Shown here piece by piece: positions 36,435 through 50,034 of a stretch of DNA of 64,000 bases. The notes under the pieces are model-generated. The model saw only the letters and a program-made list of their open reading frames with translations. It did not search any database and was not told the DNA's origin. Positions within the stretch are counted from its first letter, which is position 1; each line of letters starts with the position of its first letter. The DNA comes from Lama guanicoe (lineage: Eukaryota): positions 18,680,819 to 18,744,818 of the forward strand of contig MU054323.1 of assembly GCA_013239625.1 (NCBI GenBank). Reading direction: 5' to 3'. The position numbers and the translations under genes are program-made.

Positions 36435-39400
36435 GTTCATTTATTTATTCAACAAAAAGGAGTCTACTCTTTCTAGGCAGTGTTTGTTCTTGTACTTGGG
36501 GATAGACAGATAATAAAGCAAAAGAAGAAAATAACAGATAGTTATATAAAGCCAATAAAGAAAATAAAACTGGGCAGCCAGTCAGTGATGCGATGGGGTG
36601 ATGTTTCATTAGATTGTTGGACAGGGGAAGCCTCTCTGTGGGATGGCATGGAGACCGGGTATTCCAGAACAATGAAATAGCTCATGTAAATGAGCTGAGA
36701 CAAAAACAAGGTTAGCAACATCAAACCACGGCCCCAAGTGTATGAATCAGAATAAGGACAAAAACGATGTAAAAGGGGGAAATAATGAGAGAGAAGCAGT
36801 CAGCATCTGAAGGGTCTTCTAGGTTATGATGGGGAGCCTGGATTTTATTTTTAAGTGTGATGTGAAGTTGTTAGAGGGTTTTTAAGGAAGTAAATTACAT
36901 GATCTTATTTTTATTTTAAAATGATAACTCTGGCCACAGTGTGGAGGGGTGATTAGACAGGCATACCTTGGAGATATTGGGGGTTCAGTCTCAGACCACT
37001 GTAGTAAAGTGAATCTCACAATACAGTGAATCACATGATTTTTTTTTTTTGGTTTCTTGGTGCATATAAAAGTTATGTTTACACCATGCTTTAGTCTATT
37101 AAGTGTGCAATAGCAGTGTATCTTTAAAAAGTACATATTTTAATTAAATTTAAAAATACTTTATTGCTAAAAAAAATGGTCACTATCATATGAACCTTCA
37201 ATGAGTCATAATCTTTTTGCTGGTGGAAGGTCTTCCCGTGATGTTAATAGCTGCTGACTGATGAGGGTGGTGGTTGCTGAAGGTTGGGGTGGCTGTGGTA
37301 ATTTTTAAAAATAAGACAGCAATAAAGTTTGCTGCATTGATTGACTCTTCCTTTCATAAACAAGTTCTCTGTAGCATGCAATGCTGCTTGATAGTGTTTT
37401 GCCCAAAGTAGAACTTCTTACAAAATTGGAATTAGTCCTCTCCAACCCTGCTACTGCTTTATCGACTAAATTTATGTAATATTATAAATATTTTGTTGTC
37501 ATCTCAACCATCTTCATAGCATCTTCACCAAAAGTAGATTCCATCACAAGAAACCACCTTCTTTGCTCATCCAAAATAAGCAACTCCTCATTCATTAAAT
37601 TTGATCTTGAGACTGCAGCAATTCAGTCACATCTTCAGGTTCCACTTCTAATTCTAGTTCTCTTACTATTTCCATCACATCTACAGTTACTTTCCTCTAC
37701 TAAAGTCTTGAGCTTTAAAGTCATCCATGAAGGTTGGAATCCACTTCTTCCAAATTCCTGCTAATGTTGATATTTTGACCTCTTTGTGTGAATCACAAAT
37801 GTTCTTAATAGCATCTAGAATGATAAATCATTCACAGAAGAGTTTCAGTTTGCTTTGCCCAGATCCATAAGAGGAATCTGTATCTATAGCCTTATGAAAT
37901 GTATTTCTTAAATGATAAGACTAGAAAGTTGAAACTATTCCTTAGTCCATGGGCTACCGAATGGATGTTGCATTAGCAGACATGAAAATGACATGAATCT
38001 CAAACATCTCCATCAGAGCTCTTGGGTGACCAGGTCCATTGTCAATGAGCAGTCATATTTTGAAAGGAATGTTTTTTCTGAGTAGTAGGACTCAACCATG
38101 GGCTTGAAATACTTAGTAAACCATATTATAAACAGTCCTGTCATCTAGACTTTGTTGTAGTATTTGTAGAGCACAGACAGAGTATATTTAGCATAAATCT
38201 TAAGGGCCCTAGGAGTTTCAGAATGGTCAATTAACATTGAATTCAACTTCAAGTCACCAGCTGCATTACCCGCTAACAAGAGAGTCAGTCATCCTTTGAA
38301 GTTTTGACACCAGGCATTGACTTCTCCTCTTTAGCTGCGAAAGTCCTAGGTGGAATCTTTTTCCAATACAAGGCTGTTTTGTCTGCGTTGAAAGTCTGTT
38401 GTTTAGTGTAGCCTTCATTAATTATCTTGGCTGGATCTTCTGAATAACTTGCTGCAACTTCTACATCAGCACTTGCTGCTTCACCTTGCACTTTGATTTT
38501 ATGGAGGTGGCTTCTTTCCTTAAACTTCATGAACTTACTTCCACTAGCTTCAGACTTTTCTTCTGCAGCTTCCCCACCTCTCTCATCCCTTATGGAACTG
38601 AAGAACATTAGAGCCTTCCTCTGGATTAGGCTTTAGTTTAAGGGGGTGCTGTGGCTGGTCTGACCTTCTGTCCAGACCACTAAAACCTCTACCATATCAG
38701 CAATATGGCTGTTTCTTGTTCTTATCATTTGTGTGTTCCACTGGGCTAGCTCATTTAATTTCCTTCAAGAACTTTTCCTTTGTATTTGCAACTTCGCTAA
38801 CTGGTGCAAAAGGCCTAGATTTCAGCCTGTCATATCTGTCAACATGCCTTACTCACTAAACTTAATCATTTCCAGCTTTTGATATAAAGTGAGAGACATG
38901 CAACTCTTCCTTTCACTTGAATGCTTAGAGGCCATAGTAGGATGGTTAATTGGCCTAATTTCAATAATGTATCTCAGGGAATAGGGAGGTCCAAGGAGAG
39001 GGAGAGGGAGAGAGAGAGTGGAAGAGTCAAAACACACACAAACTTTATCAATTCACTCTCTTATTTGAGTGCAGTTCATGGTACCCCAAAACAATTATAA
39101 TTGTAACATCAAAGATCACTGATGACAGATGAGCATAACAAATACAATAATAATGAAAAAATTTGAAATACTGTGAGAATTACCAAATGGTGACACAGAG
39201 ATATGCAGTAAGAAAATGCTGTTGGTGAAATGGTGCTGTAGACTTGCTCAGTGCAGGGTTGCCACAAACCTTTGATTTGTAATAAACATAATCTCTGCAA
39301 AGTACAATAAATTGAAGCACATGAGATAAGCCTGTAGATGGAGGCAGATGTCAATAGGAAGTTTATTGTGGTAGCGGGATGGTGGTGGGGCTTGGACTAC

Positions 39401-39830
39401 GAATAACAGAGGAGTGAGGGTGGAAATAGGGACATCAGTTAGAAGGGAAGGTTGGGCAACTGGAGCAGAGTGGCAGTTATCCAGATAGATCTGAACAAAA
39501 TCGGTGTATGTTTTAGGGAAGGGGTCAGCATGGGGGTGTGGTGAGATGAGGGAGTGCGTAGAATATTTTAACAATAAATCCTAGAATATTGGCTTGGGCA
39601 AATGAGTAAATGGTGATGCATTTTATTGGAATGACAATGATTAAGAAAGGGGCACATTTTGGCATGTTAAATTGGAGCAGCCTCTTGGAAATGCATGTGA
39701 AAATGTCAAGTGGGTAGTTGGCTATTAAAAAATAAAACTGTGATTCAGGGAAATTCAGAGTAGGGGTTAGAGGCATAACTTGGAGAGTCAGCACCATCAA
39801 TGCCGCTTAAAGTCAAGTGAGTGGCTAAGG
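36435..39830 (-). mobile_element. L2 LINE split by Tigger1 (parts 36435-36957 and 39335-39830)
   Basis: L2 tail TTCATTTATTTATTCAACAAA, then ...ATAACTCTGGCCACAGTGTGGAG. L2-like sequence resumes after Tigger1 (ATGTCAAGTGGGTAGTTGG...TTGGAGAGTCAGCACCAT). Confidence 0.75.
36958..39334 (-). mobile_element. Near full-length Tigger1 (TcMar/pogo) DNA transposon with decayed transposase
   Basis: TIR-like ends CAGGCATACCTTG and ATGAGATAAGCCTG followed by TA. Minus-strand peptides MASKHSSERKSCMSLTLYQKLEMIKFSE and [21 protein letters not shown]...[12 protein letters not shown]. Length 2377 bp. Confidence 0.95.
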
Positions 39831-41504
39831 GAGCTTAATATAGATTTTCATTTTAATGAAGTGTTTGCTTTTTATTTTTTGTTCTGTCTGTCCTAGTTTA
39901 TTCCCTCTTCACCTCTTTATTTGCTGGTTTTGGGGAAAGTTGAGTCAAGAATTCATTCTTAACATTTAAAAATTTTTGCATTATTTTCATTCATAAAAAA
40001 GACATGTATATGGTGAAACAGGGTTTTTTTTTTTTTTAAGGAGTACAAATGCACATAGAGTAAAATGTAGCCCCTGTGCTTATCCCCTCCTCCACCCCCC
40101 GCCCCGGACACTTGCTTCCTCTTAGAAGAAGCAATGTGGTCTCCAGTTTTACACAAATGGGAGTTTATGAAGTATGCTCTTCTATACCTTATTTATTTCA
40201 TTGGACTTTAGATGTTGAAAAAGTACTGAGTTCCAGTATGTCGTGTGCCATAACTTGTTTGACTAGTCTGTTAGAGCACATTTGGGGTCTTTTTATCCTT
40301 TTGTGATTCTCTCCTATTTCCTGCATTATCTGTTTGTTTACTTTCTCTTTACCTCTACCCGCTACTCCATTTTTTGGTTCTATTTTATAGCAAATTCCTT
40401 GGAAGTGCTGATCATAATAACTAAAGTCCTTTCCTTTTCTCTGTCTTGTTACACCTAAAAGGTGTTTGTTGTCCATTTCTGTAACGATGTTATTGCTGTC
40501 TTCAGTTCTTTCCTGGTCTCTACCACCTCAGCTGCCTTTGGTTTGCTCTGCTCCTTTCCTCCTGTTTGCTTTCCATCAACTCTGTAAATAGTGCTTTTGT
40601 AATCTTTCAAGAATTGTGTGTGTGTGTGTGAATGGGGGCCATCATTTCCTGGTCTGCTCTTTGTACTGGACAGAGGCAGTCAATAGCTTCTAAATGGGAG
40701 TGTTTTCTCAAAGCATTTGCCAAATAAACATGCTGTGTCTTGTGTCCTGGAGGCAACATTCTCGAGTCATTCCTCCAGAGGGAGCAGGTCCTGTAGAGCC
40801 AGTTCAGCAAGTTTCTAGCACATCTCATCTGGACTTCTCAGGGTGACTTAGTATTTAGTTCTACTCAGTCCCATTTTGCTAGTGGATGCAAAGTGATTTC
40901 TGTTTCCCTTTCTGCTCTGCCTCATTAACAGTTTCTCATGTTGGGAGTCATGTTTGGAGACATAAGTGGGGCACTCTTGGTATCACTTCTTTCTCAGCGT
41001 CTCCTCTGATTCTCTCTGTGTTCTAGACCCAAATTCCCAATTTCTTCCTGATGGCAGCCCATGCGCCCAACCCTTCATTGTTCTAAGAGATGTATCACTG
41101 GTCCTGCAAGATATCATACTTTTCAGAAAAATAAAGCATGCTGTTTGAGACCTGGAGACCTATTTTAGACTTTTGGTGGCCTCCCAGGATTTGGATGAAT
41201 TTTGGCAGATAATATTCTTGCCTTAGCTGTTCCCTGCTTTGTTTTTAGAAGAGATTTTCAAAACTATTTTTGTTTCATAGGTTAATGTTGGTTATTTTCA
41301 TGGAAGAAAGAGAGAAAAACCTCATTTTTCTCTTCAGACTTCTGCTGGTCTCCAGCAATGTAATAATTCCACAGTAACCTAGGTATTCCTTCTCCGCTAA
41401 TGATCTTAGTTCTTACTGAGCAGAGGAAACTGATTTCAGTTTCCTGATCTCCTACCTATATAAGTATCCACACTTCCTTCTTCCTGTACGGAAGCTGTGC
41501 TACC

Positions 41505-41685
41505 ATTATATGCATTACTTTATTTAATCACTGCCTCCTGTGGAATAGGGATTAGTGTTAATATTATAGAGATGAAGAAACTGAGACTCAAATAAATTAA
41601 GTATTCTGAAGTTACACAGATAGTTCGTGATGGAGCAGTAAATTGAGCTCAGATTTGATTCTTCAGTACTGTGCTCTATGCACTA
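41505..41685 (-). mobile_element. MIR SINE
   Basis: ATAGAGATGAAGAAACTGAGACTCAAATAAATTAAGTA...GTTACACAGATAGT. Confidence 0.8.
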
Positions 41686-42144
41686 TAAATATCGTACAAA
41701 TAAAATATTAGATTTTATTATTCAATTTATTATTATACAAATAACTTTTAACCCGCGGAGACCGGAGGCTTTCACATAACATGGTTATTGAGAAGAATGT
41801 GGGCTCTAATACCTATTACATCTACCAACTTGTTTGCTTGCATGTGGAGTGATTTGAGGACTGAATAACAGAAAGTTGTGAAGGTACCTAGTTATATGTT
41901 GAATGAATGAAATTATGGTAGGTGATCAGTAAATGCTCATTAGCTCAAAATTGTGTCAAAAATTATTGATCAAGCAAAAATTATCTATTGACCGATTCAG
42001 GGTACCAGTTAACACTGCTTAAGTGTACTAACAGTGTGGCTATCCAACTAGTTTCCCTTGAGGGGAAATACAAGATTATTCTGATACTTCCAAATCTCCT
42101 TTTTACTTTTTCATACCTCTGCAACACAATCCAAAGGTCACCAT

Positions 42145-42255
42145 GTCTAGAGATGGTTTCATGGGTGTACAGTTACCCCCAAACTCATCAAACTGTGTAC
42201 ATTGTATATGTAGCTTTTTTCATGTGAATCATAGTTCAATAAAGTGTTTTAAAAA
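42145..42255 (+). mobile_element. Short old L1 3' terminus
   Basis: GATGGTTTCATGGGTGTACA...AAACTCATCAAACTGTGTACATT...CAATAAAGTGTTTTAAAAA. Confidence 0.75.
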
Positions 42256-42339
42256 TTATGTCATGGGAAAAAAAACCCACAGTAAACAAAGATTGCCATG
42301 TCATGCATGGGGAACAGGGATTATACCCAAGTTCTATAA

Positions 42340-42550
42340 ATCAGCATGGTGTGAGGGATACATTAAGAATCTTGGGGTTGGATACATGTAGGTTTGAATT
42401 CTACCTTTGACATTTATAAGTTGGTTGGGAAAACACTTCTCTGAGCTCATTGTAAATTCTCACTGTAAGGTGAAAGTTTTAGAAACTCACAAGATTGATG
42501 TGAATTAAACTGTGCAAGATGAGGAAGTGTGTGCACAAAATGAGCATTCA
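42340..42550 (+). mobile_element. MIR SINE
   Basis: GGTTTGAATTCTACCTTTGACATTTATAAGTTG...CTTCTCTGAGCTCA. Confidence 0.65.
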
Positions 42551-45175
42551 ACCAAATTCCATTTCTTTTCTCAGTATTCATACTTTATCTTTTGCCATCC
42601 AAGCTCATAGTTGTTTTTTTTAATTTTGAACACCCAATAAACTAATATAACGTTTATGATTTTATTACCATGAAATAATATAACAGGGGATCCTAAAAGA
42701 CTGGGAAACTATAATACAAGAAACAGTCTACTCCATAAGAAGTACACTGAAGACTCTGCATTATGCAAAGGGATTCTGGAAACACTTCGATAAAATTGCA
42801 ACAGCAAAGAGACCTCTGTAGGCATGCATTCAGATACTAGTATATTTCACACATATGTATAATAATTAAGCAAAAATTTCAACTGAATTGTCCAATTAGA
42901 GATTTCCAAATGCAAAAGAAGAGAGGCAAACAGCATTAGGGAACTTTTTCAGGAAAACAGGAAATTTACTTAGAGCCTTTCAAAGTGTGAATCTGAGAGC
43001 CCTTATCAAGGAAAACTGCTTCACTGCTTGAGAATTTGATGTAAACCGAGTCAAGGAGAAATGAAAGAAAATGTTAGTACAGATGGTCTTGAAAGAAAAT
43101 CGGTGAGATAAAGAAAATTTCAATTTAATATTTAAGTGAAAGTTCTGTCATATCCTAACCCTAACGTGATAGAAATAAAAGATGGGAGGCGTCTCAGCTA
43201 GCAAAGAATTCTGCCATTTATACTTTTGCATTTTTATGTGGTTCAGGACAGAAATCCTTGGGGGTATGGAGTGACAACATTTAGTTAGCAAGGGTGTCCA
43301 TGTTCTCTTAGCATAAATCCTGTGTGGACACTGGAGGACAATGGGCAGGTGTTCCATTGGATTGTCCAGGATGCCCATACCAATTCTGTACTTGTAACCC
43401 CCTTCTTCACAATATGGAAGATGGAAACTTTGTTTATGCAGAGAAAATCAGCCCATGGAAGACATTCTTCATTAAGTAAAAATTCATTTCAGTATCTCAA
43501 GGTTTCATGTTAAATATCCCTCAATACCATGACCACATCTTTTGCTGTCATCCTTTGTCTCTGAGTCCCATTACCCTTGCTACTAGATGCTCTCTGTGTA
43601 ATGTGTCCTCAGGTCCTCTCAAGTCCAGGTGCTCTACTGGTGAGCTCAATTCCATTGGCTCCGGCTAATGCATCTGCATAGCTTCTCTTCCAGTGTTCCC
43701 TCCCATTCAAAGTCTCTCTCAGCCATCATGGAACCCCCAGAACTTTCTTTGAGTATCTTATATATTAGCAGGTGAAAACTTTAATATCTCTTCTGTGATC
43801 TGGAAAGGGATTTAGAGGTAATGAAAAGAGCCCTGACCTTGAAATCACAACATCTTTAAGTCCTGACTTTGCCTCTTGTTACTATGTTTCCTCAGGCAAA
43901 ATAGCCACTTTGAACTTCTTCCCGCATCTGCCAATGCTTATGAGAACTAAATAAAATAAAGTAGATGAAAGCATTGTGTTGTGATACACACAGTGATATA
44001 TAAACCAGTTTTCAGGGTCTTCACCAACACAGTTCTTCCAGCAACAGAAGCCATAGGTACTGTCCAATCACTGAATAGCCCCCTCTGAAATCCATTCCTT
44101 CTTTTTACAATTCAGCTACATCTGTACCTAGGAGGTGTGCTTCCTGCTTGTAGAGTAGCACATTTTCTCTTCTTCAGAGATTTTAAGTGCACTCAGAAGT
44201 ACTGACTGTTTGCAGATAATGGGGCTGAAATTTTACCTGAGCTCTGGGATCTTGATGTCTGAATAGACCAAAGACTTTTAAATAAGTAACTCCTTCAAGG
44301 GCTGGCAAAGCATTCAAATAAACCTTGATTCATGTCTCTTTAGGCACTGAGCGATAATAGTTGAATTAAATATGGTTGCAAACGCTAGATGCTACTTCCA
44401 GTCCTCCTCACCCTCAACACACACACACCTGGTAGCAAACAAGACTACGCATCCTGCATTAAATTCTCCAAACTCTGGAAAGAAAAGGCATCGGGCAGAG
44501 CCTCAACGCTGCACTGTAGCTATGCCACGGACCCACTTGTATCTGATATCAAAACAGTATTTTTTAGAAAACAAAAGAAAATCTCCTTTTTTCCCTTTCT
44601 CCCTTCACTTTCTCCTTCCCTCACACCTCCCATATTCTGAAGTGCAAGCAACCAAGCAGGGTCTTGTTTCTCTTACTTTAGCGGTTACTCCTGAAACAAC
44701 TTAGAAAGTGAAGTGACCTGACTCCTCTAACCCCAGCATCTGGTACCCTTTCCTTCTCCTGTCCTGTGGTCGCTGGTGCCATGGAATGACTAGCGGCCTC
44801 CTAGGTTTGTTCATTCACTCACCAGCATCTCTGGACCCTTGCTCTTCCTTCTGTGTTAAGCACCTTACTATTCTTGGGCACATGAGCACATCCCTAATTG
44901 TAGTTCAAGTCCAAGGCAAACAGCACTTCTGGGCCGCCTCACCCGTTTGACTGCTTGTCCTGTGGTCTTGTTTTCATGTGCCAATGTGATTTCCACTACA
45001 GATCTCTGTGGACAGCCCTTAGTATAGTCTACTCTGACTTATTACTGGCTTACTGTCGCATTGCTTTTCTTCATTGAGACAGAGTATGTGGCTTTATTTA
45101 CCGTGATATCCCTTCTCTTGACTACAGTGCCTGGAAAAAGTGAATGCTTAATAAACTGAACTTAGGTACTAAATA

Positions 45176-45304
45176 TGGCCTATAATGGAAAAGAATATGA
45201 AAAGGAATATATATATAAATGTTCATAAATGAATCACTGTGCTGTACACCAGAAATTAACACAACATTGTAAATCGACTATACTAGTAGGAAAAAAAAAG
45301 ACCT
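45176..45304 (+). mobile_element. Very short (~130 bp) camelid-type L1 3' end with TSD
   Basis: Matches the 3' end of the L1 at ~52853-52965. 17-bp TSD AACTTAGGTACTAAATA (45159-45175) / AATTTAAGTACTAAATA (45305-45321). Confidence 0.9.
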
Positions 45305-45984
45305 AATTTAAGTACTAAATAAAGAATGGCTTGTGGTTTTATAAAAATTAATTCATTAGCTTCATTTTATGCACATATTCTATTCTCAGTGAATGATAAA
45401 AAATTAAAGAATAGGGAAACAAGTCTTCAAATTTATTCCTCTTTAAGGCTTCTAAGAAAAGCTTAAAGTCTCAGAACAGAATTTACCTATTTCATTTACA
45501 TTCAGGTCTTTTGTACCAAATATGAAAATATGTTGCTCTGAGGTCAGGCATTTAGGTACTAAAATTTAGTACACTGAATAAAACAAGAGGAAGAAGAGAG
45601 AAATATTTTGATTGTTGAAAAAGAATTGTATTAAAGTCTTACAGCAAATACTCTTTTAGTAATAGATTCCTGAATCCCCCAGTTGTAGTATTGCTCAAGA
45701 TAAAATTTATCAAATCAAATCAAATCAGTTGTTTTTCAGGAAAATAATTCCAGTACTCTTAAAAATCCTTGGTTGTTTTCTTTCTGAAATTGTTTATTTT
45801 TTGGTAAAAAAAAAATCTCTGTAAATGATTTTGTAGCAATCCCTGTATTTGCTGAGTATCTTGTTTACTTTTATGATTTTCTATGAAAAGATTAGATACA
45901 AATATATTGGGGTTTTTTGTTTTTTTAAAAAAGCACTCATTCATACAAACAGTTTTGTTTATTTTTAAAGGTTGCACTAACACG

Positions 45985-46240
45985 GGGAGGCTTAGTAGAG
46001 CAGTGGTTGTGAATGTTGAGTATGAAAGCGGATAAAATGTGTGTTGAATTCCAGCTCCATTCCTTGCTAGTCAGTGATCCTGGGTAGTTCAACAAAACCA
46101 CCTGGATCTCCATTTCTTATCTGTTAAATGGGGATGTTTATACACGCTTAGCAGAGCTTCTAAGGCTCAACATAAACTACTGTATTCGAAACCATTAGTG
46201 TGGTTCAGGCTTTTAGTGATTGCTTAATAAACGGTTTGTT
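45985..46240 (+). mobile_element. MIR SINE
   Basis: TTGAATTCCAGCTCCATTCCTTGCTAGTCAGTGATCCTGGGTAG...TTCTTATCTGTTAAATGGGGAT. Confidence 0.8.
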
Positions 46241-47384
46241 CTTACTGTCAGTGCCTTGACCATCAGCAGTGTTCCAGAATGTAACCTACAGAAGGGTAGA
46301 CACTGTACCTGGTTTTTTCACTGCTTGCATGCCCAGTGACTTTTCATTTTGTCTCATACATAGCAGTCTATCAATAAATTTCTGTTGAACAAATGAATGA
46401 GGAACTGACCATAAATACTGTTATAATTATGTCCCTGACAGAAATCATATTAGTCAAACTCTGGGTGCATATCCTGACAACCAGAATATTTAGGAATAAG
46501 TATGTCATTTGGTCATCTCTGTGTACATATTGTGATCAGCATCTGGTCTATGTGAGCCATTGGTAAAGCTTGAGAATTTTCCTGAGTGATCTTAAGAACA
46601 AACTCATGGTTGTTTTAGGCCAACCTAGGATGGTTTTTAGAATTACATCTTTTTCCTGGTCAACAGATTACCAAGTACAGAAAACTAGATCAAAGGCTGA
46701 TGCAGAAGGAAAAACAAGATTATGCAAAAACCAGGAAAGTGTTCAGTTATGAAATTAAGGTATGATTTTAACTCAAATTTGTTACTTCAGCATTGTTTCC
46801 TTTAGTTCTATAATCATATTGCTAAATAATAACTTACAAAATTAAAAGAAAGTTGAATTCCAATATATTTTTAAGTAAAATATCACATCTTAAAAAATTG
46901 AAACTATGAAATTCCAAAGAAGAGAGAAACATTACTGCAAACCAAAAAGAACATTTAGGCAAAGAAGAAGGCTGAAGTTAGCCCTTGATTTAAGATTCTC
47001 TTCTTACTGTGAGATGTTAAACTTTGAGCCCAGTTTCCTTATATGTGAGGTTGATGATTACCATGAGATTTCAATGAGAAAATGGAAATAAAGAACACAA
47101 CTCCTTGCTTAGCTAAACATATTAGAGTTTTTATGTGCTGGTTGTCATCATTATTTCTATTGTGATCTAGGTTATAGTCCCTTTTCTAACTTTATATTCT
47201 TATCTATAGCTAAGTTATGTTTCTATGTTGCCAAATCACCTTTTATAGCCATCAGAGCTTTCATATATAAAGCAGTACATTGCACAATATTGGAAAGACT
47301 TGTACCACATAGGCAAAATAGTCTCTACTTATTTACAATGTAACTTCTGAATTAATCTCAACATTTTCATGGTGGATTATTTTT

Positions 47385-49146
47385 TTTAACATTTTTTTAA
47401 TGAGTTATAGTCATTTTACAATGTTGTGTCAAATTCCAGTGTAGAGCACAACTTTTCAGTTATACATGAACATACATACATTCATTGTCACATTCTCTTT
47501 CTCTGTGAGCCACCACAAGATCCTGTATATATTTCCTTGTGCTACACAGTACAATCTTGTTTATCTGTTCTACATTTTGAAATCCCAGTCTGTCCCTTCC
47601 CACCCTCGGTTCCCCTGGCAACCACAAGATTGTATTCTATGTCTGTGAGTCTGCTTCTGTTTTGTATTTATGTTTCTTTTTTTTAGATTCTGCATATGAG
47701 CGATCTCATATGGTATTTTTCTTTCTCTTTCTGGCTGACTTCACATAGAATGACATTCTCCAGGAACATCCATGTTGCTGCAAATGGCGTTATGTTGTCG
47801 GTTTTTATGGCTGAATAGTATTCCATTGTATAAGTATACCACCTCTTCTTTATTCAGTCATCTGTTATTGGACACTTAGGCTGTTTCCATGTCTTGGCTA
47901 TTGTAAATAGTGCTGCTATGAACATTGGGGTGCAGGTGTCATTTTGAAGTAGGGTTCCTTCTGGATATATGCCCAGGGGCAGGATTCCTGGGTCATATGG
48001 TAAGTCTATTCCTAGTCTTTTGAGGAATCTCCATACTGTTTTCCACAGTGGCTACACCAAACTGCATTCCCACCAGCAGTGAAGGAGGGTTCCCTTTTCT
48101 GTACAGCATCTCCAGCATTTGTCATTTCTGGACTTTTGAATGATGACTGTTCTCACTGGTGTGAGGTGATACCTCTTTGTAGTTTTGATTTGCGTTTTTC
48201 TGATAATTAGTGATATTGAGCATTTTTTCATGTGCCTATTGATCATTTGTATGTCTTCCTTGGAGAATTGCTTGTTTAGGTCTTCTGCCCATTTTTGGAT
48301 TGGATTGTTTGTTTTTTTTCTTATTCAGTCATATGAGCTGCTTATATATTTTGGCAATCAAGCCTTTGTCAGTTTCATTTGCAAAAATTTTCTCCCATTC
48401 CGTAGGTTGTCTTTTTGTTTTACTTATGGTTACCTTTGCTGTGCAGAAGTTTGTAAGTTTCATTAGGTCCATTTGTTTATTTTTGCTTTTATTTCTATTG
48501 CTTGGGTAGACTGTTCTAGAAGAACATTTTTGAGATGTATGTCAGGTAATGTTTTGCCTATATTTTCTTCTAAGAGGTTTATTGTATCTTGTCTTATATT
48601 TAAGTCTTTTTTTGATCCATTTTGAGTTTATTTTTTGTGTATGGTGTAAGGGAGTTTGTAGCTTCATTGTTTTACATGCTGCTGTCCAGTTTTCCCAACA
48701 CCATTTGCTGAAGAGATTGTCTTTATTCCATTGTATATTCTTGACTCCTTTGTTGAAGATTAATTGACCAAAAGTTTGTGGGTTTATTTCTGGGCTCTCT
48801 GTTCTGTTCCATTGGTCCATATGTCTGTTTTTGTACCAATACCATGCTGTCTTGATTACTGTAGCCCTGTAGTATTGTCTGAAGTCTGGGAGAGTTATTC
48901 CTCCAGCCTCTTTCTTTTTCACCAGTAATGCTTTGGCAATTCTAGGCCTTTTGTGGTTCCATATAAATTTTATTATGATTTGTTCTAGTTCTGTGAAATA
49001 TGTCCTGGGTAATTTGATAGGGATTGCATTAAATCTGTAGATTGCCTTAAGCAGTATCATCATTTTAACAATATTGATTCTTCTAATCCAGGAGCATGGG
49101 ATATATTTCCATTTTTTTAAGTCTTCTTTAATTTCCTTAATCAGTG
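47385..49146 (-). mobile_element. Young 5'-truncated L1 (distinct 3'UTR subfamily) with perfect TSD
   Basis: Perfect 19-bp direct repeat TTCATGGTGGATTATTTTT at 47366-47384 and 49147-49165, followed by AA. 173-aa ORF2 fragment at 48542..49063. Confidence 0.96.
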
Positions 49147-49569
49147 TTCATGGTGGATTATTTTTAAAGCTTGAAGGATGAGAGGCACTTCTGAAATATA
49201 TGAGATGAATTATAATGGAAAATTTTAAAAGATATTTATTTGTAAATAGTGTTCCCCTTCATTGAATTTAGATACATGACTTATCTTAAAGCAATGATTG
49301 AGCCACGTTAAAGTCCCAATGAAAAGTTAATCCTCAAATTTAAACTTGCTACAAAGTTTTATCTAATTACATACTTTTTATTCATCTATGGAAGATCATT
49401 TCATAAGTTTCACTAATGAAAATATGAATGTTCTACTCTAGTGCATGATAAATATCTGATCAAGTGGAAAGTACTCTGATAGATGGATACAGTACTAGAA
49501 ATCATGCTTATCCAAAATAAATCTAAGCCAAATAAAACAATGCACTAAAATGTATAAAACATTAATGAC

Positions 49570-49870
49570 TTCTTTTATTTATCCATCTATCCATCCATTC
49601 CCCCACCCATTTTACCATACATCCAACTATCCAACAGGTAACAGGTTTACAGAGCATTGGCCATATTTCAGGTATCACGTTGGGCTTCTAGGGTTACAAA
49701 AATGAATTTAGACATAGTTTTTGTGGGAAATTAGGTCGCTGTGTTATAGGAAAGAAAGGTACATAAACCCATGTTTGGAATTCTGTGACGTAAGCATCAA
49801 AGTAGAGTGGCACACAGAGCGCTGTGAGGATACATACATGCACATGGAGACGGTTTAGTGCTTGAGCATT
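49570..49870 (-). mobile_element. L2 3' fragment
   Basis: (ATCC)n-like tail, then CTAGGGTTACAAAAATGAATTTAGACATAGT. Confidence 0.6.
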
Positions 49871-50034
49871 GTAGTGGAGATGGCTGTGGTCCTCAGGTGA
49901 GAGGAATTGAATTTGTACTCAGAAAGTCCTTTATTAAGAAGATGAGGCTCCTGGGAGGCTGAAAATGAAGAGGAATTTAATGAAGAGATAGAATTTAGTA
50001 GATATATCAATCCCCTATGAAGTTGTGAAGAATT

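Noticed and set aside
38285..39037. TIGD1-like domesticated transposase gene
   Set aside because: The frame is broken repeatedly and enclosed by Tigger1 termini, so it is a decayed transposon.
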